A stretch of 64,000 bases of DNA from an uncultured archaeon (GTDB lineage: Archaea; Altiarchaeota; Altiarchaeia; JAFGQM01): contig CAZQBY010000006.1 in NCBI GenBank assembly GCA_964592405.1, forward strand, positions 13,007 to 77,006, read 5' to 3'. Numbering within the stretch: position 1 is the first letter of the stretch; every line of letters starts with the position of its first letter. This document shows positions 37,929 to 46,803 of this stretch, in pieces. Position numbers and translations under genes: made by a program. The notes beneath the pieces were generated by a model. It was not told where the DNA came from. It was given only the letters and a program-made list of their open reading frames with translations, and made no database searches.

Positions 37929-39260
37929 ATGAACGAAAGAATCTTCCGGGCCTATGACATCAGGGGAATCTATGGGACGGAGCTCACACCACAGTTCGCA
38001 GAGGAGATAGGTCTTTCGTTTGGCACATTCCTTGGTAACAGCGGCACAGTTATCCTTGGTCGTGATGCACGCCATGGCGGGTCTGAACTGCTCCAAGCAT
38101 GCGCTGATGGGCTGAACCGGGCCGGTCTCGACACGACTGATGTTGGTCTGGCACCGACTCCTGCAGTCAACTACTACTGTGCGCGTATTGGGGCCACTGC
38201 AGCGGTGGTCATATCAGCTTCCCACAACCCGCCAGAATACAACGGCATACGCTTCCGCAAGGGCGACGGGGCCGGCTACCCGGAATGCATACCCCGGGTT
38301 CAGGACATATACTCCAAGAGGGCCTGGAAGGAAAACGGCGGTGGCAGGCACAGGAAGGAGGATAATGCAAAGGTCTTAGGCAACTACATGGATTATATCG
38401 CGCGCAACACAAGGCTGTTGAGGCGGCTTAGGGTGGTCGTTGACCCGGGCAATGGTGCGGCATCCGGCATTGGGACACGGCTCTTTGAAATGCTGGGATG
38501 TAGTGTGAGCGCCATAAATGACTACCCGGATGGCGACTTTCCCGGGAGGAGTGCCTACCCAAACGAGAAGACTTTGGGAGGGCTGCAAGAGGCAGTCAGG
38601 GCAGCAGATGCTGACTTCGGAGTGGCCTATGACGGCGATGCCGACAGGGCAGTGTTTGTTGATGACTGCGGAAAAGTCAGGTCGGCCGAGGAAATAGGAG
38701 CCATAATTGCGCGCGAGATACTAAAAGAGAAAAAGGGCGAGGTTGCGCTCAATGTCGATTGCTCAATGTCAATTGAGGATGTGGTAAAGGAGGCAGGCGG
38801 GACAATCAGGCGCATACGGGTAGGGGATGTGTTTCTTGCCAACGCCGTCAAGGAAGGAGCCGTATTTGCTATGGAGAGCTCCAGCCACTTTGTCATACCA
38901 AAATATTTCATCTTCGATGATGGCATAGCGGCCTCGGCCTATGTCGCACAGACGCTCTCTGAACAGGATGAAAAGCTCTCTGATATATGTGCGCGCATAC
39001 CAAAGTATCCGGTAATAAGGAAGACTATAGATGTCCCGGACGAGAAGAAGTTCAAGGTCATTGATAAACTGGCAGAGCGCTTCAGAGATAAGAAACCGCT
39101 GACCATAGATGGAGTTAAAATCAATTATCCGGAGGGATGGATTTTGGTACGCGCGTCCAACACCCAGCCGATGCTCCGGCTGACTGCCGAGGGGAGGACG
39201 CAGGAGGATGCGGAGAAACTGATGAATGAACTTGAAACTTCAGTCAGAAGCAGTCTTTAA
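37929..39260 (+). CDS. Phosphomannomutase/phosphoglucomutase
   Basis: FRAYDIRG, SASHNP, DGDADR, RASNTQP. Confidence 0.93.
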   Translation: MNERIFRAYDIRGIYGTELTPQFAEEIGLSFGTFLGNSGTVILGRDARHGGSELLQACADGLNRAGLDTTDVGLAPTPAVNYYCARIGATAAVVISASHNPPEYNGIRFRKGDGAGYPECIPRVQDIYSKRAWKENGGGRHRKEDNAKVLGNYMDYIARNTRLLRRLRVVVDPGNGAASGIGTRLFEMLGCSVSAINDYPDGDFPGRSAYPNEKTLGGLQEAVRAADADFGVAYDGDADRAVFVDDCGKVRSAEEIGAIIAREILKEKKGEVALNVDCSMSIEDVVKEAGGTIRRIRVGDVFLANAVKEGAVFAMESSSHFVIPKYFIFDDGIAASAYVAQTLSEQDEKLSDICARIPKYPVIRKTIDVPDEKKFKVIDKLAERFRDKKPLTIDGVKINYPEGWILVRASNTQPMLRLTAEGRTQEDAEKLMNELETSVRSSL

Positions 39261-39287
39261 CCATTAGGAACCCCCAGAAACCAATCC

Positions 39288-39680
39288 TCAGGAATCCAGC
39301 GCCTCGTTCACCAGCCGGTCAGCCAGCTTCTGCATCCTGCTGGTTCTGGGTTTGTGTGAATATGACACTGCCTTGAATTCGGCCTCCAGCCTCTTGATTT
39401 TTGTATAGAGTTTCCTCAGATGCCGTTTCTTGACCTTGTATTCACCACTCAGCTGTCTGACCACCAGCTGGCTGTCGGAGAAGACCTCAACCTCATCATC
39501 GAACTCCCGGGCCTTCTTTAGTCCCTCTAAAACAGCAGTGTACTCAGCTACGTTGTTCGTTGTCACACCCAGCCTCTCTTTGCGCGCCCAGAGCTTCTTT
39601 TCACCATCATAAATCAGAAAGGCATAGGCTGCTTTTCCCGGATTCCCCCTCGAGCCACCATCTGTGTAAAGCTGAATCAT
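39288..39680 (-). CDS. rnhA: Ribonuclease HI
   Basis: YTDGGSRGNPG, TNNVAEY, SDSQLV. Confidence 0.92.
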   Translation of the reverse strand: MIQLYTDGGSRGNPGKAAYAFLIYDGEKKLWARKERLGVTTNNVAEYTAVLEGLKKAREFDDEVEVFSDSQLVVRQLSGEYKVKKRHLRKLYTKIKRLEAEFKAVSYSHKPRTSRMQKLADRLVNEALDS

Positions 39681-39706
39681 CTTTTCCAGACTGTTAGCCG
39701 GACATA

Positions 39707-39910
39707 TCAGGGTTTCTTCGCTGCCAGCCGGATGTCATCTGCTGTAACAGTCTTCCTGCCGGCATGTTTGGCCAGAGCTATTGCATCCTCACTTATCTCC
39801 TCTGCACGCTCCTTGAGAACTCCTGCAAGTGCTATCACGGCATCCTCACTTACCCTTTCTGCCCCAGCGTTGCGTATTATCCTTTCAATAGGAGACAGTG
39901 GTAGTTCCAT
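39707..39910 (-). CDS. Archaeal histone (HMf type)
   Basis: ELP..PIERII..AGAERVS..HAGRKTV..DD. Confidence 0.95.
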   Translation of the reverse strand: MELPLSPIERIIRNAGAERVSEDAVIALAGVLKERAEEISEDAIALAKHAGRKTVTADDIRLAAKKP

Positions 39911-39956
39911 GGGCTATTTTTGAGTTTTTACAAGAAAAAGCGCAAAATAAGGGAGC

Positions 39957-42638
39957 ATGCTAACAAAGGATTGGCTGAGGAAGGAATTCAGAAAGAACTG
40001 GCAGAAATATTATCAGGTTGAGATGTTCAGAAGCAGGGGTTATGAGCGCCGGATATGCAGATCCTGCGGCAGGCCCTTCTGGACATGCGATCCGGAGAGA
40101 GAAATCTGCGCGGACTCACCATGTGTGGAATATGGATTTATAAACCAGCCGATAACCAAAGGGCGGTGGGATTATATAAAAACATGGAAGCTGTTTGAGC
40201 GTTTTTTTGAGCGCAGGGGGCACGCTTCAATCCAGCGTTATCCGGTAGTCGATCGCTGGCGTCCGGATTTGTATTTCACAATTGCATCCATCCAGGATTT
40301 CCAGAGAATCGATAATGGTGTTATGAGCTTTGTCTATCCTGCCAATCCATTAATTGTTCCGCAGGTATGTCTCAGGTTTCCGGACATACAAAATGTAGGC
40401 ATAACCGGAAAACATCTCACCTCCTTTGTCATGAGCGGGCAGCATGCCTTTGGCTATCCCAAGGAGAAGGGCTCCTACTTCAAAGACCGCTGCCTGGAGC
40501 TCAATTTTGACTTTTTGCACGGCAAGATGGGCATACCTGCTGAGGAACTGGTTTATCAGGAAGATATCTGGGCGATGCCTGACTTCTCCGCATTTGGACC
40601 GTGCATGGAAACATTCTCAAAGGGGCTGGAGCTGGTCAACTCAGTCTTCATGCAGTTTCAGAAGAGCGATGGCAACTTCCGTGATTTGGATATGAAGGTC
40701 ATAGATGTTGGATGGGGCCACGAGCGCCTAGTCTGGTTCTCCAACGGGACGCCGGCCAGCTATGACTCACTGTTTGGGCCGGTTACGGACAGGCTAAAGA
40801 AAAAAGCAGGAATAGCTGTTGACCAGGAGGTCTTTGACAGGTATTCAAGGGTTGCAGGTTCTCTTGATCTGGGGGAGGTCAGGGATATCACAAAGGCAAA
40901 GAAGAAGGTAGCTGACTATGTGGGCATTCCGGAGGATGAACTCAGGGAAACCATAGAACCCCTCCAAGCCGTTTATGCCATAGCCGACCACTCACGCACC
41001 CTTTTATTCGCGATAACAGATGGGGGAATTCCATCCAACGTCGGCGGTGGATATAATCTGCGCGTAGTTCTGAGGCGCGCACTCAGTTTCATAGATGAAT
41101 ATGATCTGGACTTTGACCTGGTGGAGATAGCCAAGTGGCACGCAGACTACTTAAAGCCAATGTTCCCGGAGCTCCAGACCGAGCTGGAGAACATGGAGAA
41201 GATAATCAATGCTGAGAGAAATAAGTTCAGGGAAACAAGAAAAAAGATAGGTGCGACCATAACAGCGCTGATCAGAAAGAGGGTGGAATTTGATGACAGA
41301 CTCCTGACCCGGCTCTATGAATCACAGGGCATAACCCCGGAGGATATAAAAAAATTCAAGCCTGATATTGAGGTTCCGCCGGATTTCTATGAGAAGCTGA
41401 CTGAGAGCCACTCCAGTCTTTCGGAGGAGGGTGAGGGGGGCAAAGCAATCGCTGATGTGTCTGCCACCGAGAAGCTCTGCTACTTGGATGAATTTGAATT
41501 TGATGCCACAGTGCTGAAGATTCTCGACAACAATATCATACTTGACAGAACAGCCTTCTATCCCACATCCGGGGGCCAGGAGCATGACACAGGCACACTG
41601 GATGGAATCAAAGTCCTTGATGTTTTCAAACAGGGGGAGGTCATACTCCACAAGGTTGCAGACATCTCCAAGTTCAAAGTTGGACAAAATGTCCATGGAA
41701 TAGTTGACAAAAAAAGGCGCAGGCAGCTGGCACAGAACCACTCTGCTGTTCATCTGGTCAATGGTGCAGCGCGCGCAGTATTGGGTAATCATGTCTGGCA
41801 GGCAGGCTCCGAAGTGCGCGAGGACAAGGCCCGCCTTGATATAACCCACTATTCAAGCATCACCAAGGAACAGCTTAAGATGATTGAGGACTTGGTAAAC
41901 AAGAAGATAAAAGAGGGCCTACCAATTGAAAAGCAGGTCGTAGAGCGGGGCAGGGCAGAGCAGGAGTATGGCTTCAGGGTCTATCAGGGTGGTGCCATCC
42001 CACAGAAGAAGCTCAGGATAATCAGGATGGGCGACTTCGATATTGAGGCCTGTGGTGGAACACACTGCAACAACACAAGGGAAATCGGCCGGGTTAAGAT
42101 ACTCCGCACAACCAAGATACAGGACGGCGTGGTAAGACTGGAGTTTGTTGCCGGGGATAGGGCAAGGGGAGTAGAAGAAGAAGCCAGAAAACTTCATGAG
42201 AAGGCACTGAAACCGCTCAGCGGACTGGTTAGGGATTCCGTCCTGACAGGATATTCAGAGGATGACCTGAATAGGGCAGCTGAAGTATTTTCCGTTCCAC
42301 TGCACCGACTGCCCGACACCATAGAGCGGTTTGTAAGGGAGTGGGGGGACTACGGAGAGAGGATAAAAGCATTTGGTGGCAAAGCTCCGGAGAGCAAAAT
42401 ATCTGGCGCTGACGGGCTGTCCTCGGCTGCACAGATATTGTTTTCGGAGTGGAAGAAACGGCAGAAGCTCCTCAGGAATCTGATCAGCAGGAGGATACAG
42501 GAGGAAATCCGGCAGTTGCCGGCTGATAATCCCAAGATGCGTGGAATATTCTTTGGAATGAGGATGAAGGATCTTGAGTCGGATCCAGAAATGCCTCTTA
42601 AGAAAACTCTTGAGAAGGTAAAAAAGATTGTTGGGTAA
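39957..42638 (+). CDS. alaS: Alanine-tRNA ligase (archaeal type)
   Basis: FTIASIQDFQ, DVGWGHER, IADHSR, editing domain HSAVH and ACGGTH. Confidence 0.96.
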   Translation: MLTKDWLRKEFRKNWQKYYQVEMFRSRGYERRICRSCGRPFWTCDPEREICADSPCVEYGFINQPITKGRWDYIKTWKLFERFFERRGHASIQRYPVVDRWRPDLYFTIASIQDFQRIDNGVMSFVYPANPLIVPQVCLRFPDIQNVGITGKHLTSFVMSGQHAFGYPKEKGSYFKDRCLELNFDFLHGKMGIPAEELVYQEDIWAMPDFSAFGPCMETFSKGLELVNSVFMQFQKSDGNFRDLDMKVIDVGWGHERLVWFSNGTPASYDSLFGPVTDRLKKKAGIAVDQEVFDRYSRVAGSLDLGEVRDITKAKKKVADYVGIPEDELRETIEPLQAVYAIADHSRTLLFAITDGGIPSNVGGGYNLRVVLRRALSFIDEYDLDFDLVEIAKWHADYLKPMFPELQTELENMEKIINAERNKFRETRKKIGATITALIRKRVEFDDRLLTRLYESQGITPEDIKKFKPDIEVPPDFYEKLTESHSSLSEEGEGGKAIADVSATEKLCYLDEFEFDATVLKILDNNIILDRTAFYPTSGGQEHDTGTLDGIKVLDVFKQGEVILHKVADISKFKVGQNVHGIVDKKRRRQLAQNHSAVHLVNGAARAVLGNHVWQAGSEVREDKARLDITHYSSITKEQLKMIEDLVNKKIKEGLPIEKQVVERGRAEQEYGFRVYQGGAIPQKKLRIIRMGDFDIEACGGTHCNNTREIGRVKILRTTKIQDGVVRLEFVAGDRARGVEEEARKLHEKALKPLSGLVRDSVLTGYSEDDLNRAAEVFSVPLHRLPDTIERFVREWGDYGERIKAFGGKAPESKISGADGLSSAAQILFSEWKKRQKLLRNLISRRIQEEIRQLPADNPKMRGIFFGMRMKDLESDPEMPLKKTLEKVKKIVG

Positions 42639-42671
42639 GAGGACACCAGCCCCATCAACCAACTCCGCAGG

Positions 42672-45600
42672 TCAAGGTCCCTTGTCGTATTCTACCACTT
42701 CCCCACACTTCGGGCAGAATCTGCTTCCCGGGTCTATACGTGCCCCACATTTCCTACAGATACCAGCCTCTTCTGCCGGCTTTTTCCCGAGCTTCTCTGT
42801 TCCCCTCCTGAGCTTTCTCATCAGGAAGAGGCCTAGAACCAGTAATATTACCACCGTCAGCACAAGTATTATCGGACTCAGATTCACTCCGCCGACCGGA
42901 ATTACGGGCTTTTCAAGCTTCTCTACCCATTCCGGCTTTGGTATGGGTTTCTCCACTGACTCTTCCACTTCCGGCTCAATGTTCAGATCAGGGGCTTCTG
43001 CTTCAGGCGGATTCTCTTTCATAACCTCTATTGCTTCCTCAAGGCTCCAGCCCTCCCGATAGTCAGGAATGCCGTTGTTGTTGAGGTCCACAGTCCGGCA
43101 GTATTCATCTTTCCATTCAGACTCATTACAGTAGTTCCATATGGCCGGCCCAAGGTCTATTGTGACCATCTCCTCTCCTGAGGTCCCATTGAAGATGTGC
43201 AGCCACCTCACGTTCTCATGCATCGGGACTATCAGCGGGAAAGCCGTCTCACTCATGAACGGCTCGCCCTCCAGTGCTGGCCCATCGCCGATGTTGATCC
43301 TTCTCGGGTCGCCGAAGCTGAAGGCGTCTATCTCCTTGCCACCTGCTGATTGTGTGATGGCTGAGAAATCTCTGGCCCACATGCCTAGGTCGGGGTGATT
43401 TGGAACCACTCTTGAGAGAAGGTGCTTCATTGTGCTGTTCCTGAAGTCCACATAACTTATTATGCCCTTTGAGCCCCCGGATGGCCAGTGTTCGAAAACA
43501 TAGTTTATGCGGCGCACGTCGGCCTCCTTGAACTTTGCGTTGCTCAAGCTTCCGCAGCCTCCTGACATGATATCCTGCTCCGGAGAGTCGCTGTCATAAC
43601 GATATTTGTCTTTGGAGCAGTCGCCTTCCCTTATCTGCCTGCAGCTGCCGTCTGTCCAGCCCTCCGAAGCGGCTGCTGACTGGCAGTCGCTCATGGAATT
43701 CCAGACATTGGGCTTGTGGGAGGCCCTGCTGTAAGCAGCATCACCACAGTACTCGTCAGTGAGTGCAAACAGGGAGTGTCCGGCCTCATGTATTATCATG
43801 ATTCCCCTATTGCCGCAGTATGAGCCGCTGTAGTGGGACGTCGGCCCGAACAGCGAGCAGCCCCTGATATCTCTCTCGGTCAGTATGCCTGCCGAATCCA
43901 CAAATGATGCGTGCTCCCAGAAGTGGTCCGGCTCGTAGGCAAAGCATGCACAGCCAAGCCCAAGGGTGAGGGCACAGGCGAAAGAGCAGCTATATACCCA
44001 ATCAAAGTATTCCTTCTCTCCGGGCAGCCAGCCTGCACAACCTATGCAGATATTGCCCTCCGGGCCTTCCGGGTTGTAGCAGTAATATGCATCAGATCCT
44101 GTAGTCTTACCATACCCGCCTGTGTAGACGTAAAAGTTGAACATGTCCTCATAGCCTTCATAGATGGGTCTTGTGGAAGTCTTGTTCAGGCCAAGAAACC
44201 TCATCCTTATGGTATCCTTCACCTCATTCAGGAAACCGGAGAAGTTGCCCTCGAAGTCTTCCTCAGGGACGAACATGATGTCTATATAGCCATCGTTTGG
44301 ATGCCCTCTTATCCTCAGCGGCTCCACCTTTGAGTCGCACCATGTGCATTCGACGCAGTCTGGGCATCTGCCGCCGCAGTCCGTTCCAAACTCATTGTGG
44401 CCCTGTAGCAAATCGTTGCAGTCATAGGCATCATCTATACCATCCTCGTCTATGTCGCTGCGTATGTTGGGGCAGCAGTAGGCGCATCCCCTTCCCACAC
44501 CGGCATCTTTCCAGAGGCTGTTGATTGTGCACTTGTTTGTGTGGCCTGTATTGTTGTTGCCGTAGTTGCTCACGTCCAAGATATTGTCACAGAATATATT
44601 CTCCCTCATAAAATTCCCATCGCTGGTATCATCGATGTGAACCCCGGTCCCAGCATTTCTGATATCTGCCATGTAAATCTGGTTGTCATCTGAGTCCTCT
44701 ATCAAATAAATGCCCTTTACCTCAGCATTCTCGTCACCATCCATCTCTACACGGGTTATCCTGTTTCTGTCGGAGTCGTAGAGTGATATGCCGGCTATAC
44801 GCGCACCGCTTATGTCCAAGTTCTCTATGGTGCAGTCATGCGAGAACGCCAGCGAGAAGCCAGTGTCACATTCCGAGGTGTCCATGTCGTCTATCTCTAT
44901 CCCGCTAGACTGGGATATCTTCACGCAGTCCTGCTCCATGCCGCTGACGCTCCCAGTCTGGAAGCTGATACCGTTGGAGTTTGTGATTGTAACTCCCTGA
45001 TAACCGGAGTCCACAGTGAGTGTCGTGAATTCCACATCCTTTGAGTTGATTATCAGCACACCATCCGAGCCGGTGGCGCCGTTGTTCACACTCACACCAC
45101 GAAATTGCGAATCACTGACGTTGCACAGTATAAGCTCTGAGAAGTCTCTGTAACCCCATGTAGAGTCGATTGTCAGCCCGGATACATCATGGAAGTAGCC
45201 TATCTTTTTGATTAGCCCTCCGATATTGGTAGTATCGATGTTGTTATTACAGTTCCCGCTGGTGTAGAGAGAGTAATGTTGCCCCAGAAGCGTGTTATCC
45301 GTGAAGGTGTTGTCAAATGCATCACCGTAAAGATAGACGCCATAAATGCTGTTTGGTTTTATTGTATTCTTGTCTATGATGTTGCTCCTCGACGGTAGCG
45401 CATCGTCTCGTATTATCAGCCCATAGTCGTTGTGGGCCACCTCGTTGGATACAATACGGCTGTGGGAAGTCCCTCTCAGCTCAACTCCGGTGTCAAAATG
45501 CTCAATGATGCAGTTCCGCAACTCGTTGTTGACCCGGTTAACCATAAGCACGCCGGTTCCAGAACCGCTCCCTATTATCTTATGGCCATTGCAGTCTATG

Positions 45601-46700
45601 GTAACATGGCTTGTGTCAACACTCAGCCCGTTGCCTGCAACAATGTCATGAATAAGCTCCACAGTCCCGTATTCGCCGTCCAGCGCATCCTGCAGGCTGC
45701 TTGCAGTCCCGACAATGGTTGCAGTCCCTGCATTGCAGACCTCATCGCACCATGTTACATCGCCATCGTTGTTCCAGTTATATATCACATCGCAGATATT
45801 GTCGTTTCTTGTGCTCCCGGTTGCCGGGCTCCATGGGCTACTGAAAATATCACCCTTCGCGCTGCCGCAGATACGGTTGCCTTGCAGGACAGCATCCTTT
45901 GTATTACCGAGGAAGATGCCCTGCCCACTGTCCTCAATGGTGTTGTCTTCAATCCTGACATCCTCGGAATCGGCTATAAACATCCCGGAACCGTAGTTTT
46001 CCAACAGCGTGTTGTTTGTTATCAGCCCGCCGTCCACACCGTGGAGATCTATGCCCACCTCAAATTTACTTATCTCACAGTTCCTGATAGTAATGTCCCT
46101 GCCCCCAGCAAAGATGCCGTAATAGAACTCCTGCCCTGTGGCTCCCCCGGTTATCCCATGGCCTTCGCAGTCAAATGTCTTTCCGTCCGAATCAAAGACT
46201 ACACACTGCCTCCCAGAGGAAGAACTTATGTCCCTGCCCAGATAGACAGTCTCGCAGGAGCCTTCAAGCATCTGGGAGCAGGAGATACAGGAGTCGCATT
46301 CACACGGCCTCTTTGGAGGAGTCCATTTGACCTCAAACCCAACAGTGTCTGTGGCCAGTGGCGTGATGGCGTTGCAGTCGTTCCACACCTCTACCTTTAT
46401 AACTGCATCTCCTGTTGGGTCTTCCGGAACAACCCAGTCATGGCGGCCGGCGTTTTTGTTGCAGGCATAGAGTGTTTCCCAGCTCTTGCCGCCATCGGCA
46501 GAATAGTAGACCGCAGCAAAGCTTATGCCGTCCGTGTTGTCCCACTTAATGCGGTAGGTCCTCCCACCGCTTACATCTTCATCTTCAACCGGGGCTGTGA
46601 TGATTACATAGTAAACCGGCGGCAGGTATGTCAGCGGAATTGCACTCACAAGAGTGGCAAATATAGCAGAAGCCAGGAGAAAGACAAGAATTCTGCCCAT
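42672..46700 (-). CDS. Membrane-anchored protein: right-handed beta-helix (NosD-like) repeats, Zn-metallopeptidase domain, TM, cytoplasmic zinc ribbon
   Basis: Signal peptide MGRILVFLLASAIF; repeated G(I/V)xLxxSxxNxIxxN; HEAGHSLFALTDEY; C-terminal CRKCG..FCPKCG. Confidence 0.85.
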   Translation of the reverse strand: MGRILVFLLASAIFATLVSAIPLTYLPPVYYVIITAPVEDEDVSGGRTYRIKWDNTDGISFAAVYYSADGGKSWETLYACNKNAGRHDWVVPEDPTGDAVIKVEVWNDCNAITPLATDTVGFEVKWTPPKRPCECDSCISCSQMLEGSCETVYLGRDISSSSGRQCVVFDSDGKTFDCEGHGITGGATGQEFYYGIFAGGRDITIRNCEISKFEVGIDLHGVDGGLITNNTLLENYGSGMFIADSEDVRIEDNTIEDSGQGIFLGNTKDAVLQGNRICGSAKGDIFSSPWSPATGSTRNDNICDVIYNWNNDGDVTWCDEVCNAGTATIVGTASSLQDALDGEYGTVELIHDIVAGNGLSVDTSHVTIDCNGHKIIGSGSGTGVLMVNRVNNELRNCIIEHFDTGVELRGTSHSRIVSNEVAHNDYGLIIRDDALPSRSNIIDKNTIKPNSIYGVYLYGDAFDNTFTDNTLLGQHYSLYTSGNCNNNIDTTNIGGLIKKIGYFHDVSGLTIDSTWGYRDFSELILCNVSDSQFRGVSVNNGATGSDGVLIINSKDVEFTTLTVDSGYQGVTITNSNGISFQTGSVSGMEQDCVKISQSSGIEIDDMDTSECDTGFSLAFSHDCTIENLDISGARIAGISLYDSDRNRITRVEMDGDENAEVKGIYLIEDSDDNQIYMADIRNAGTGVHIDDTSDGNFMRENIFCDNILDVSNYGNNNTGHTNKCTINSLWKDAGVGRGCAYCCPNIRSDIDEDGIDDAYDCNDLLQGHNEFGTDCGGRCPDCVECTWCDSKVEPLRIRGHPNDGYIDIMFVPEEDFEGNFSGFLNEVKDTIRMRFLGLNKTSTRPIYEGYEDMFNFYVYTGGYGKTTGSDAYYCYNPEGPEGNICIGCAGWLPGEKEYFDWVYSCSFACALTLGLGCACFAYEPDHFWEHASFVDSAGILTERDIRGCSLFGPTSHYSGSYCGNRGIMIIHEAGHSLFALTDEYCGDAAYSRASHKPNVWNSMSDCQSAAASEGWTDGSCRQIREGDCSKDKYRYDSDSPEQDIMSGGCGSLSNAKFKEADVRRINYVFEHWPSGGSKGIISYVDFRNSTMKHLLSRVVPNHPDLGMWARDFSAITQSAGGKEIDAFSFGDPRRINIGDGPALEGEPFMSETAFPLIVPMHENVRWLHIFNGTSGEEMVTIDLGPAIWNYCNESEWKDEYCRTVDLNNNGIPDYREGWSLEEAIEVMKENPPEAEAPDLNIEPEVEESVEKPIPKPEWVEKLEKPVIPVGGVNLSPIILVLTVVILLVLGLFLMRKLRRGTEKLGKKPAEEAGICRKCGARIDPGSRFCPKCGEVVEYDKGP

Positions 46701-46803
46701 TTTTATCTCCTTTACTTTATGACCAGTCCATAAAAAGCCGGCCACAAAAACAACAAAGGTAAGAGATGTTTTTTTCCCTTGGGATGATAATTATCCAATT
46801 CTT

